From the NCBI RefSeq assembly GCF_027921745.1, contig NC_079238.1:3906001-3970000 (forward strand): a DNA stretch of 64,000 nucleotides, written 5' to 3'. Shown here piece by piece: positions 25,993 to 36,215 of the stretch. The notes beneath the pieces were generated by a model, which was not told the origin of the DNA, made no database searches, and saw only the letters and a program-made list of their open reading frames with translations. The DNA comes from Schizosaccharomyces osmophilus. Its lineage: Eukaryota. The translations under genes and the position numbers were made by a program. How positions within the stretch are numbered: position 1 is the stretch's first letter; every line of letters begins with the position of its first letter.

Positions 25993-28857
25993 ATGGACGG
26001 TAAAGTAGGAAATGTTGATTCAAGAGAAGAAAAATATCCCACAGGAGAAAACGATCAAGAAGACTTAACTCAACAGACATCCCCAGGTGCGTCCGTTGGA
26101 AATGACACTGAGCATTTATTAGTTAATTCTGAAGAGCAAGGGAACGTCTCAGACGATCAAGACGACCAAGAACGTAAAGAAGACGCAGATGAAGAAGAAC
26201 CAAATGGCGAAAAAAATCAAACGAACGTCGCAGTTGATGATGAAGCCGAAGAAGATGAGGATGAAGAAGACGAGGAAGCATTAGAAGAAGAAGAAGAAGA
26301 AGAAGACGAGGAAGAAGCAGCCGGTGGTAGGAGAAAACGCGCACGTCATGAACGCCGAAATCAATTCCTCGATATTGAAGCAGAGGTGGATGAAGATGAA
26401 GAGGAATTGGATGAAGAAGAAGAAGAAATTGGTAGAGAAGATGGCTTCATTGAGGAGGAAGTTGGTGGAGCTGAGTATGTGGCCGATGATAGACGACACC
26501 GAGAACTCGACCGCCAAAGGCAAGAATTACAATCCGTTGATGCGGAACGTTTGGCAGAAGAATATAGAGAAAAGTATGGAAGGAGCCAAACTGTCATTAG
26601 TGATACGAGCAACGTCCCTCAAAGGCTTCTTCTACCTTCCGTTAACGACCCTAATGTCTGGGCTATTAGGTGTAAAGCAGGAAAAGAGAAAGATGTTGTT
26701 TTTACCATTATGAGAAAAGCTATGGATCTTCAATACACGAGCATGCCATTGGAAATTATCTCTGCATTTCAACGTGATTCGCTTGTTGGCTATGTTTACG
26801 TTGAGGCTAGGAAGCAATCGCATGTATTGGCTGCTTTGAATGGTATTCTGAACGTCTATACAAATAATATGATTTTGGTACCTATTAAGGAAATGCCAGA
26901 TTTACTGAAAGTCCAAAAACAAACCGTCGAGCTTCTTCCCGGTGCATATGTACGTATTAAGCGTGGTAAATATGCCGGTGATCTTGCTCAGGTGGATAAC
27001 TTGTCTGAAAATGGTTTAACAGCCCGTGTGCGTATAGTCCCTCGCGTTGATTACTCAAATTCACTAAAGAGAAGCAAATCAATTACTCGTCCACAGGCTC
27101 GTTTGTTTAACGAAAGCGAGGCATACAAGAGTAACCCTACAAAATTCTATAGACGGGGACCGAGAACATTTGTTTTTAATAATGAGGAATTCGAAGACGG
27201 TTTCCTTGTTAAAGATATCCGAATTTCTTCTCTTGTTACTGAAGGTGTCAATCCAACGCTTGACGAAGTATCAAAGTTCAGCCCGAGTAATGAAGATTTG
27301 GACCTTAGTTCACTTGCCTTGAGTGTAAAAAATGATCATGCAGAATTTCAAGTCGGTGATGTCGTTGAAGTATTTGTCGGTGAACAAGCTGGTGTTGGTG
27401 GTGTTGTCGAAACTGTTCATGGCACTGTTGTTACCATTATTTCGAATGATGGGTTAAGATTGGATGTCCCTTCTCGCGGCATAAGAAAACGTTTCCGTCA
27501 TGGTGATTACGTGAAAGTTATTGCAGGAAAATACAAAGATGATACCGGTATGGTTGTCCGCATCTCAAAAGATGAGGTTACTTTCTTGAGCGATACGATG
27601 ATGACAGAATTAACTGTATTTTCTCGTGATCTTGGTGAAGCTGGCAGTGCTCAGGCTATCAATTCTGCCTATGATCTACATGATCTTGTTCAGCTTGATG
27701 TGAATACGGTCGGTTGTGTTTTCTCAGTTGAAAGAGATACCTATCGTGTAGTAGATCAGCATGGCGGTGTAAGGACTGCTAAAGCATCACAGATTACAAT
27801 GCGACATTCAAATCGGCGTGGTGTCGCCACTGACAGGAATGGTACTGAAATTCGTGTTGGTGATAAGGTCAAAGAAGTTGGAGGTGAAAACAAAGATGGA
27901 ACTATACTACATATATATCGTGCATTTGTTTTCCTTCATAATAGAGAGCTTATGGAAAATAATGGTGTTTTTGTTGCCAGAAGCCGCAATGTTGCTACAG
28001 TGGCAGCAAAAGGTGCTCGTATTTCAACAGACTTGACTAAGATGAACCCTGCATTAAATAGCGGTCCTTCCTTACCTCCGGTCGCAAACATCAAACGTAC
28101 CATCGGTCGTGATAAAGCTATTGGTGCCACAGTACGTATACGTAAAGGACCCATGAAGGGATTGCTGGGTGTGATTAAGGATACTACGGATGCCAATGCT
28201 CGTGTTGAGTTACATACGGGAAATAAAATTGTTCCAGTTCCCAAAGAAAATTTGTTGTACACCAGTAAAACTGGAGACTTGATAACTTATACTGAATTTA
28301 TTGAACGCAGTCGCGGTATTCGTCCCGGCAGTATCGGTAACGTGGACGGTCCAAGCGTTCCAAGCTGGGCACAGGGTGCGCGTACACCAGCGTATGCGAA
28401 CGGTGCTCAGAGTCAAGGTTGGCAGTCTGGTGGGAAAACACCTGCATGGAACTCCGGGGCCAAAACACCGGCATGGAATGCTGGAGGGAAAACACCGGCA
28501 TGGAGCTCTGGCAACAAGACTCCCGCATGGAATGCTGGCAGTAAGACTCCTGCTTGGAACTCTGGTGCTAAGACTCCTGCTTGGAACGCTGGTGCTAAGA
28601 CTCCTGCTTGGAACGCTGGTGCAAAAACGCCAGCCTGGAATGCCGGAGGTAAAACCCCCTCTTGGAATGCTTCTGGTGCTACCAACGTTGCTGGACAAGC
28701 TCCAGTTTATGGTGGCTTCTCCGAAACAACCTGGGATACTGATGATAACAATGGTTCATGGGCGGCACCTACTCCTGGGGGTTGGGCTGCACCCACGCCT
28801 GGTGGATGGAATGAAGATGAAGGAAATTCTCCTAACTATGTGCCTCCGTCACCATAA
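25993..28857 (+). CDS. spt5: Transcription elongation factor Spt5
   Basis: Acidic N-terminus, NGN domain (LLPSVNDP, GYVYVEA), KOW repeats, C-terminal TPAW nonapeptide repeats. Confidence 0.97.
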   Translation: MDGKVGNVDSREEKYPTGENDQEDLTQQTSPGASVGNDTEHLLVNSEEQGNVSDDQDDQERKEDADEEEPNGEKNQTNVAVDDEAEEDEDEEDEEALEEEEEEEDEEEAAGGRRKRARHERRNQFLDIEAEVDEDEEELDEEEEEIGREDGFIEEEVGGAEYVADDRRHRELDRQRQELQSVDAERLAEEYREKYGRSQTVISDTSNVPQRLLLPSVNDPNVWAIRCKAGKEKDVVFTIMRKAMDLQYTSMPLEIISAFQRDSLVGYVYVEARKQSHVLAALNGILNVYTNNMILVPIKEMPDLLKVQKQTVELLPGAYVRIKRGKYAGDLAQVDNLSENGLTARVRIVPRVDYSNSLKRSKSITRPQARLFNESEAYKSNPTKFYRRGPRTFVFNNEEFEDGFLVKDIRISSLVTEGVNPTLDEVSKFSPSNEDLDLSSLALSVKNDHAEFQVGDVVEVFVGEQAGVGGVVETVHGTVVTIISNDGLRLDVPSRGIRKRFRHGDYVKVIAGKYKDDTGMVVRISKDEVTFLSDTMMTELTVFSRDLGEAGSAQAINSAYDLHDLVQLDVNTVGCVFSVERDTYRVVDQHGGVRTAKASQITMRHSNRRGVATDRNGTEIRVGDKVKEVGGENKDGTILHIYRAFVFLHNRELMENNGVFVARSRNVATVAAKGARISTDLTKMNPALNSGPSLPPVANIKRTIGRDKAIGATVRIRKGPMKGLLGVIKDTTDANARVELHTGNKIVPVPKENLLYTSKTGDLITYTEFIERSRGIRPGSIGNVDGPSVPSWAQGARTPAYANGAQSQGWQSGGKTPAWNSGAKTPAWNAGGKTPAWSSGNKTPAWNAGSKTPAWNSGAKTPAWNAGAKTPAWNAGAKTPAWNAGGKTPSWNASGATNVAGQAPVYGGFSETTWDTDDNNGSWAAPTPGGWAAPTPGGWNEDEGNSPNYVPPSP
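28435..28680 (+). repeat. 27-bp coding tandem repeat (Spt5 CTR, 9 units)
   Basis: Nine KTP(A/S)W(N/S)(S/A)Gx-type units; three near-identical DNA copies at 28543-28623. Confidence 0.9.
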
Positions 28858-29088
28858 AAAGAAAGATATAAGAAAGAGTAAATATTCGTACAGAATACTT
28901 GTCCAAAATTGTGATTTATTCTAATGCATTTTAATTTTTGGTGGCTGTTTATATAGACGATTATAATTTAGCAATGATTCATGAAATAGAAAAGCTTGCG
29001 AATTTTGTGTATATTATTGATTAGGTACTGCATTAAATGAAATATGGCGTGTAAAATCATTTCATAGTATGTTAAATTAGGTTTGTTT

Positions 29089-30513
29089 TCAGTCATTTTC
29101 AATTGCGTCCTGTACTTTAGACCAACTGCGATTTATTTTTTCAGTAATTTCCTTTGGTAGTTCACTCTTCTTGGGGAGATTTTGGGGACGAAAAACAGGA
29201 CGTGCTAGACTTCTAGGTATACGGGTTATATTTGAGGAGTTTTGTTTGGCAGATGCCTCAAGTTCTTTAGTTTCTAAGAAATTGTGGTGTTCATTATCCG
29301 GCACCTCTTCATCTGATGATTCGTCTTTTTGATCCACCACTACTTTCTTACCACTTAAACTGATAGAAAGGACCTTCTTTTTCTTCTTTTCTTTCTGGGA
29401 CAGAGCTTGTTGCATCTTAACCAAGTTTAAAGCCTTTTCAGCAGGAGATGCCCAGGTGTCACTGGCCAGTGTTGTCGGGTCAAAATCAGCAGCCTCATCG
29501 ATAATCTTGGTTCTTTGGGCAGCTGTGCGGTCAAAATTTAACAAAACATTTTTCCTTTGTTCAGCTTCAATAGCTTTCTGCTCCAACTGTTTTGGATCAA
29601 TGAATATGGAATGTATAGAGGAATTATTCAATTTCTGGAATTGATGTTTGGAAGAACTATGCTTAGATTTTGTCTTCTGATTTGCAGCCTGTTTTATATC
29701 ACTTCCAGCTTTCTTTAATTCTTGCAAAAGTTCCAGCTGTTGCGTTTTACTTATCACTGGAGCCTTACAAAATGTACTATTAGTAAAAAGGTTAGAATAG
29801 AAAGAGATAAACACATATCAAAATACTTACCATGGACCCATGCCTTCCAACATGCATATGATCTTGCCGCAATTGAGGCAATTGGGAGCAGCTTCATTCA
29901 GAGGATGCTTGCGACCTTGACAATCGCAAGATCTCCTATTGGAGTTGGAAGATTTCTGGGAAATTTCAACTTGATGAATAGCTCTTTCGATGTCTGCTAA
30001 ACCGTCAATCTTACTGACTTGAGGAACTTGTTTTGGTTTAAAGGCTTTTTTGGTCCCCATCAAGTCAGACGTCAAAGTGCCTTGACTTGTAGTCTTTTGA
30101 GCAACTTTTGGTATGTTATACAGATCATCGTTAGTTTTTGTATTTTTACTTTTATCTCGGTCGGAAGACGATGAACGTGTTTGCCTTGTTTTCTGTTGTT
30201 GACTAATAGTTGGATAAACCGTAGATTTTTCTGACGAGGAATTAGATGCTTTTTCGCTAGGCCTATCAATATCGGCTTTTTTATAGCTTGTGTCTTTCTT
30301 TGACGATGGTGCAAATCTCCTCCGATTGAATTCACTCACGAACTCAATAGCTTCGGGAGATTCTCCTAAAAGAGAAATCCAGTGATTTTTTGCTTCTCCA
30401 GCATTTTGTGCAGCAGCTGCTGTCTGAGCTACAAGCAGAGCGCTTTCTTCATCAAGTGATAAAAGTTTTAGAACATTCTCTTTAGCCCACTGCTCCAAGT
30501 TTGAAGAGAACAT
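29089..30513 (-). CDS. TRIP4/ASC-1 (Rqt4-like) C2HC5 zinc-finger protein
   Basis: CDCQGRKHPL..APNCLNCGKIIC..EG.GPCTFC after removing intron 29777-29830; LLNFDRTAAQRTKIIDE. Confidence 0.88.
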
Positions 30514-30805
30514 TAGATATAATTAATATATAAATATTTATTTTTCGTTGGAAAATAAAACTTTGTAATTCAGGTACTGGAAAGGGAGGTAGAATCAAAA
30601 CTTCAATCAAAAACGAACTTAATAGCTGTATGCCCTAAAACTTTGTATCAGACAATACTCAAGCAAAGATATGAACACTCTGATACTTCGAAAATCAAAT
30701 TACAGCTTTATTGCAATTGAAAACCGTGTTTGCTACTGATGGTGTGGAATATGGAGTAAGGATTCCACATTCGAGTATTTTGCTTTTCGCCAAGCGTCTT
30801 TTTCT

Positions 30806-31942
30806 ATGAGCAAAACGAATTCAGCAGCAAAACTCAAGCACGTCTTTGACGACGATGTATTCCATTTAGTAGCTTATGGGGAAAAAAATAATTTATTAGT
30901 AGGGTTCTCCAATGGTCGTGTTGCAAATTACAGCTATGATACAGAAAATAATTCTTTGGTCGAAGAATGGAACACTAAACGCCATAAAATTAGCTGCAGA
31001 AATTTATCTTTAACTGAGGATAACTCTGAGTTTATATCTGTTGGTTCCGACTGTGTATTAAAATTGGCCGACACCGCTTCTGGAAGAGTCACTTCAAAAT
31101 GGATTCAAGAGACAGCAAGTACCGAACTATCCCCATACAGTGTGGTTGAATGGGTGGAAGGAAATAATATATTCGCTACGGGTGACGATGATGGTTGTGT
31201 TACTATTTGGGATAGAAGAAAAAGTGGTGGAGTCCTCCACTCACACAGGGATCAAATCGATTACATTTCTTCTATATGTCCATTTGAAGATCGCTATATG
31301 GTTGCTACCAGTGGTGATGGGACTCTGTCAATTCTTGATTCCAGAAACTTTAAGACTGCTGTTCTGAGTGAGGAACAAGATGATGATCTAACTTGTGGAG
31401 CATTTACTAGGGACAATAATTCCAAGAAAAAGTTTGCTGTTGGCACAGCTTCTGGCGTGGTCACCCTGTTTACTAAAGGTGATTGGGGAGATCACACAGA
31501 CCGTATAGTGCCGCCTATTCGTTCAAACGACTATTCAATAGAGACCATGAATCGCGCTGGAACGGATACCCTTTACATTGGTGGAAGCGATGGATGTCTT
31601 AGACAATTGAACATTCTTCCAAACCGATATGAAAAAGTCATAGGACAGCATACTTCGAAAGCCGGTGTTGACACTGCTGATGTTTCCGAAAATGGCGAGT
31701 TTCTTATATCAGCAAGCGGTTCAGAGTTGATTTTCTGGAACAAGGGAGATGATTCAGCTGAGTTTGAAAAAGCTGGCCAAGACGGTGAGGAAGACAGTGA
31801 TGCGATGAACTCGGATGAATCTGAAGACGATGTTGATAGTGATTCAGATGAACCTACACAAAAATCAAAGCGAAACAAGAAGCTTGCGAAAGCAGCACCA
31901 AAGAAAAAGGCTCCCAGAACTGATTTTTTTGATGGACTTTAA
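30806..31942 (+). CDS. WD-repeat protein, WDR55/Jip5 family
   Basis: ATGDDDG.V.IWD.R, TSGDGTLS, GDWGDHTDR motifs; acidic tail ending FFDGL. Confidence 0.85.
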   Translation: MSKTNSAAKLKHVFDDDVFHLVAYGEKNNLLVGFSNGRVANYSYDTENNSLVEEWNTKRHKISCRNLSLTEDNSEFISVGSDCVLKLADTASGRVTSKWIQETASTELSPYSVVEWVEGNNIFATGDDDGCVTIWDRRKSGGVLHSHRDQIDYISSICPFEDRYMVATSGDGTLSILDSRNFKTAVLSEEQDDDLTCGAFTRDNNSKKKFAVGTASGVVTLFTKGDWGDHTDRIVPPIRSNDYSIETMNRAGTDTLYIGGSDGCLRQLNILPNRYEKVIGQHTSKAGVDTADVSENGEFLISASGSELIFWNKGDDSAEFEKAGQDGEEDSDAMNSDESEDDVDSDSDEPTQKSKRNKKLAKAAPKKKAPRTDFFDGL

Positions 31943-32153
31943 TTACTTAGCTTATTTAAAATGGAAAATTACCTTTAGAACTTTCGGACTAATTGTGAAT
32001 ATGGTTGGACACAAAACATAATTTATAAATATATCTAAAAACATGAAATTAAGAGCTGCTTCTAGTACAAAGTACAATATATAAACATACAGATAGCCAC
32101 AATACTATTTCAACACTATGTAACTGTACCCCGGTTTGGTTAATAAGAAATGT

Positions 32154-34103
32154 TTATGCAATCAGCAAAACAAATGGAACAAGCGATACAAGCATGGTAG
32201 CAAGTCCAAAGCCCATGGTACGAGAAGCTAAAGATTGAGCTGAGCCAGAAAGAATTGTGGGATTATACACAATATTCTTGTTTGAAGTAGTACCGTTCCA
32301 GCAGTAATCCTGGAAACATTTCTTACATTGTGCAGGAGTAGTCATGTTTTTGCGCTCCACTGATCGTTGCACCACGGCACAAGCAAGACAAGTAGCAAAA
32401 TCGTCACTGTTGTTTTGAGTGGCAGCCAAGCGAGCATTATTAATAACATCGTCCGTCTTTCCGTTCGATAACTCAAAAGTAAATGTTGAAATATTGGAAT
32501 CATAAGACCAAGGATAGTTGGGCATATAAACGACTAAAGGAGGAGTCTTGTTATCGACATAGTCTTGCTTCAAGGTAGTGTTTTTTCCGTCACAGCCGAA
32601 GAAGGTAGGGCGAGCGTTCAAGCCGAGAGAAATGAATGTATCTGTGTCAGGAATATAGGGAAAGCCGCGGACATCGATACTCTTGTTGTGGTTGCTGTTA
32701 ACAATTCTCTCATATGTATTAACGAGAGATGAACCTGTGGGCCAGCCGTTCTCGTCGTCAGTAGAGTCAACAGCAAAAATGACATCCACAAAACGCTGAG
32801 GATGAAGCAAAGGCCATATAGGAATATTCTGATTATCCTCACCACCGTCAACGAGGTCAACAGTAGGGAAGTTCTTAAAGTTATTGGCAACGGAAGTATT
32901 CTTGGCAGTGTAGTTTTGGAAGGGATTAGGGTAAGGGGCAATATCATTCTGTTTGCTGGAAATACGATTCAATATGCTTCGAGCAATTTCAGCCCAAGTG
33001 CCGTTGGAATTCAATCTTAACAAAGCCTCGTTGAAAAGAGTGGCAGAACTTCCCATTACGAAACCAGCATTGTCGAAGCCGCGAACACATTTGTTGTCTG
33101 GAGGAGAGCCATCATTCAAATGAGTACCGACGTATTCCATCGGAATAAAAGCGTTGATACCATTATCCCATGTGCCGAATTCGTAAGGAGTAAATTCAAA
33201 AATAGTTGAGTTTTCGGGAATAATGTGCTCATCTTCCCTACGGCTGTCGGATATGAGAATGGGGTAAGGATACTCGGCGTTTTGGAACCATGATTGGTTA
33301 CGAATGCTCGACCAAGTGAGACCGGGGCCACCTCTTGGAGCATCAACAAGCTTTCTAGATAAAGAACGACCCCAAAGATCAGTGATGGAAGTGTCAAAAC
33401 CGGCATCCTGTTTAGCATCAATTTCTTGGCGAAGATGATTTAAATATTCGACATCCCTGATTGGGTTGGAATAAGGGCTAAAAACGGTATGATCCATGTC
33501 CCAAACATTATCTTGCAAGTAACTAACGTTGGAAAAGTTGTTGATAGCAATGGAACCAACAAGCCAAGAACCACCAGAGAGACCAGTAATATACATGGAA
33601 CTTTGAACAAGTCCAGAGAATTTAGAGGAATCGCTGCCGCGGCTATCAAAGGCGTCAAAAAATCCGGCCCCGTTCAACATGGCACGGAATCCACCACCAG
33701 AGAAAGCCATACCAAGACGTGGACCATCCTTGTCGGTGATAACATCATTGACACTGATGTTGAGGCCGGAGTTTTGAACAAATTGTCGGGTTTGTTTGTT
33801 AACACTATCCACACGCTTGCTCAAAAACGATTGCTCACCGCTGTTCATGCCCTGGGTACCTTCACGCAAAAGGTCGCTGGGGCAAGTTACATTGTAAGGA
33901 GCATATTCAGAACTCGTATCATCACGCTTCTGCATGCGCGTGGCTTCGATATAGCGAGTACCCAATCTAACAGCCTCGGGGCTCAATTCCGGTAGTTGGT
34001 CGTAGGGAGTTTGAAGATCACGCTCCAAAAACGGCTCCTGGGGTAAAGAGACAGCGATTTGAGAAGCGAGAAAGACTAGAAAGGACGATAACAAAAGATT
34101 CAT
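32154..34103 (-). CDS. Lysophospholipase / phospholipase B, probably GPI-anchored (SPAC1A6.03c-like)
   Basis: Signal peptide from ATG 34103; SGGGFRA, GLSGG and VDGGED catalytic motifs intact; hydrophobic C-terminal tail. Confidence 0.9.
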   Translation of the reverse strand: MNLLLSSFLVFLASQIAVSLPQEPFLERDLQTPYDQLPELSPEAVRLGTRYIEATRMQKRDDTSSEYAPYNVTCPSDLLREGTQGMNSGEQSFLSKRVDSVNKQTRQFVQNSGLNISVNDVITDKDGPRLGMAFSGGGFRAMLNGAGFFDAFDSRGSDSSKFSGLVQSSMYITGLSGGSWLVGSIAINNFSNVSYLQDNVWDMDHTVFSPYSNPIRDVEYLNHLRQEIDAKQDAGFDTSITDLWGRSLSRKLVDAPRGGPGLTWSSIRNQSWFQNAEYPYPILISDSRREDEHIIPENSTIFEFTPYEFGTWDNGINAFIPMEYVGTHLNDGSPPDNKCVRGFDNAGFVMGSSATLFNEALLRLNSNGTWAEIARSILNRISSKQNDIAPYPNPFQNYTAKNTSVANNFKNFPTVDLVDGGEDNQNIPIWPLLHPQRFVDVIFAVDSTDDENGWPTGSSLVNTYERIVNSNHNKSIDVRGFPYIPDTDTFISLGLNARPTFFGCDGKNTTLKQDYVDNKTPPLVVYMPNYPWSYDSNISTFTFELSNGKTDDVINNARLAATQNNSDDFATCLACAVVQRSVERKNMTTPAQCKKCFQDYCWNGTTSNKNIVYNPTILSGSAQSLASRTMGFGLATMLVSLVPFVLLIA

Positions 34104-34769
34104 AGTCTTAAATAAGGAGGGCAAAAATTAGAAAACCAAAAACAGAGGTGTCACCACAATGAAATGTAGGCGAAATTATTTTTTATTTAGTAGAAAAGCA
34201 AATTACTATAAGATACACATTAGCATTTGTTAAAAGACATAACAAAAGCATAGAGAAGGCAAAGTAGAAGAAAGAATCGAAACCGCCGTCTCAGAAAAGA
34301 GTACAGAATGAAATTCCATAAACGTTTCACCGTCGTATCCGTCCTTACAATCTTGTAAGGACAATCAGAGTCGGAATCATTCGACATGAATTTTTAAATG
34401 CCTTTCCTGCAAAGCATTCCTTACACACGGCAAGAAAGCGCACGACAAGAACTATGACTATTCATTCACGTTCAAGGTACCCATACCAGTACCGAAACCG
34501 GTGTACCGCTTTCTTCTTTTGCGACTGCTCTGTCGTAAACATTCCGATCAATCCCGTTGAGATTGTCAACATTTTCCAAACTCTTCCTCTCCAAGCTTTT
34601 TTTGCCTTACCTATATTGTATAAATATTTAGACAATTATTAAACCAATGTAACCTAATTTTTAGACGCCTGGCCTTAACAGTTTCCACCGAAAAGACAAT
34701 AAATACCAAACTAAACAAGGAATAGAAACTGCGTATATATAGGCTTTTGTCAGCTTTATTTCATTACGT

Positions 34770-34900
34770 TCGGAAGCTTTATTTCACATGTGCTGTTCGT
34801 TACGTAAGCTCCCTCGAGAGCATTGCGGATTTCGGATAACGGAATCCGAAGTGAGAAATTCGGAATTCGTTACTCCGAAATTTAAGTTACCGTTTCGGAC
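34770..34900. promoter_or_regulatory. Cluster of CGG/CCG half-sites, Zn2Cys6-type UAS candidate
   Basis: Eight CGGA/TCCG words in 130 bp, including TTCGGA-N8-TCCGAA (34831-34850) and TTCGGA-N9-TCCGAA (34859-34879). Confidence 0.45.
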
Positions 34901-35139
34901 TACAGGTGACTTTCCTTTTTTCGTCGATTGGATAGTTCGTGTCCATTCTCTCCTCTAGTGGTTCGCTGTAAGTTTTATTACTAACTTTCCTTAATAGTAA
35001 AATTATCGGGTATCAATATTATTATAGATACCTTCAATTTAATTTTCTGCTCTGCCTTAGTGAATAGAGTGAATAGAGTGGACTGGTATAGACATGTATA
35101 AAGATATGGTTTTTTCAAGTTCCCTGCTTCTTATATTGT

Positions 35140-36215
35140 TTGAGGCTTTCGAGTCCGGCCGGTAAGGTTCCAAATCTGATATTAGGAAAAGTAGCAGGGT
35201 GTGTAGCGTCTGCGTATAGAGTATATTATGATCTGCCGTTTTTTCTTGACCGGAAAAGGGCCATACGAAATCCAGTTTTAGTCTGTTTGATTGTTGGTAA
35301 CATCCAAGATTTGCACGTTTCATGAGTACAAATTACGCTTTCTGTTTGTTTGTTTTTGAAAAACTAGAGGAGGACTTTTTTGGGCGATTCTAAATTCTAG
35401 CAGTCTCTTATTTGCTCATCGTATGCCTTCTTGAAAGAGTTAGGAAGATTCCCGCATCAATAAATTGAATGCCGAGTTTTGTCAATGGAGGTGGATATTC
35501 ATAAGCTGATTTCATGAGTGTCCTCTAAGTGGAGGAATGCTATATGGAACTTTTACATAAGTGTGCAGAACGGAGGATATGTGTCAAGTTGTTGAATCGT
35601 TCATTGAAAAATAACATCAGAATTGTCTCCAGAATTTGATGCACACGTTCTGTCTGAACATTTGTTTTGTGGGAGATTTCATCAATGAGTTGAAGCAATA
35701 TGTTATGATCATTTTCTTATTGTTTTCATCTCTGTGTAATAAAGACAGGTCCTCGGGCGGCTACGATGTCGATGCATGACCGGAATCAGAGACCATATAG
35801 TCTTCTTATGTCTCCATGAATTGCTCTGCTGTCATCGTTTTCCTGCAAGTAAGAAATGAATTCTTTTTGGTAAATTAACCCAAGATCGTTCAAGTTGCGT
35901 CGTTGCCTTGAGATTTGGGCAAACCTACCTTCTATAAAAATGCATTGAAGAATGTTGAAAGGCTGTTTGGCAATCGCTAGTGGTTGTAATTCAGCATAAC
36001 GTTGACGAAATTTTTTTTTGTTACATTGTTGGCATCCATCGCAGCTTTTGCCGTATTTCGAAATGTCTTTGGTCATACCTTTCTTCCAAACTTTTCCTTG
36101 TGCGATCTGTGGTAGAAGTTTTCTACAATGTCCAACTGAAGAAGGCTCATCATGAAATTCGTTACATACAAGTTGCATCAAATCGAATATGTTGGGAACC
36201 AATACTTGTCGTTGA
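35140..36215 (-). mobile_element. Degenerate Ty3/gypsy LTR-retrotransposon integrase relic
   Basis: Colinear fragments broken by stops and frameshifts: VLVP..FHD..GH..W..MTKDISKYGKSCDGCQ (HHCC), LQPLAIAKQPF, IRRLYGL*..DIVAARGPVFIT, QTERVHQILE, HSST, and LKL..VWPF..ISDLEPYRP (GPY/F-like). Confidence 0.85.

Noticed and set aside
28435..28680. Regular 27-bp repeats that could look like a CRISPR array
   Set aside because: No unique spacers, in frame within spt5, and a eukaryotic genome.
34900..35140. Purine run AGAGGAGAGAA-TG on the minus strand as a possible PPT and 3' LTR start
   Set aside because: No matching second LTR, TG...CA boundaries or target-site duplication found.
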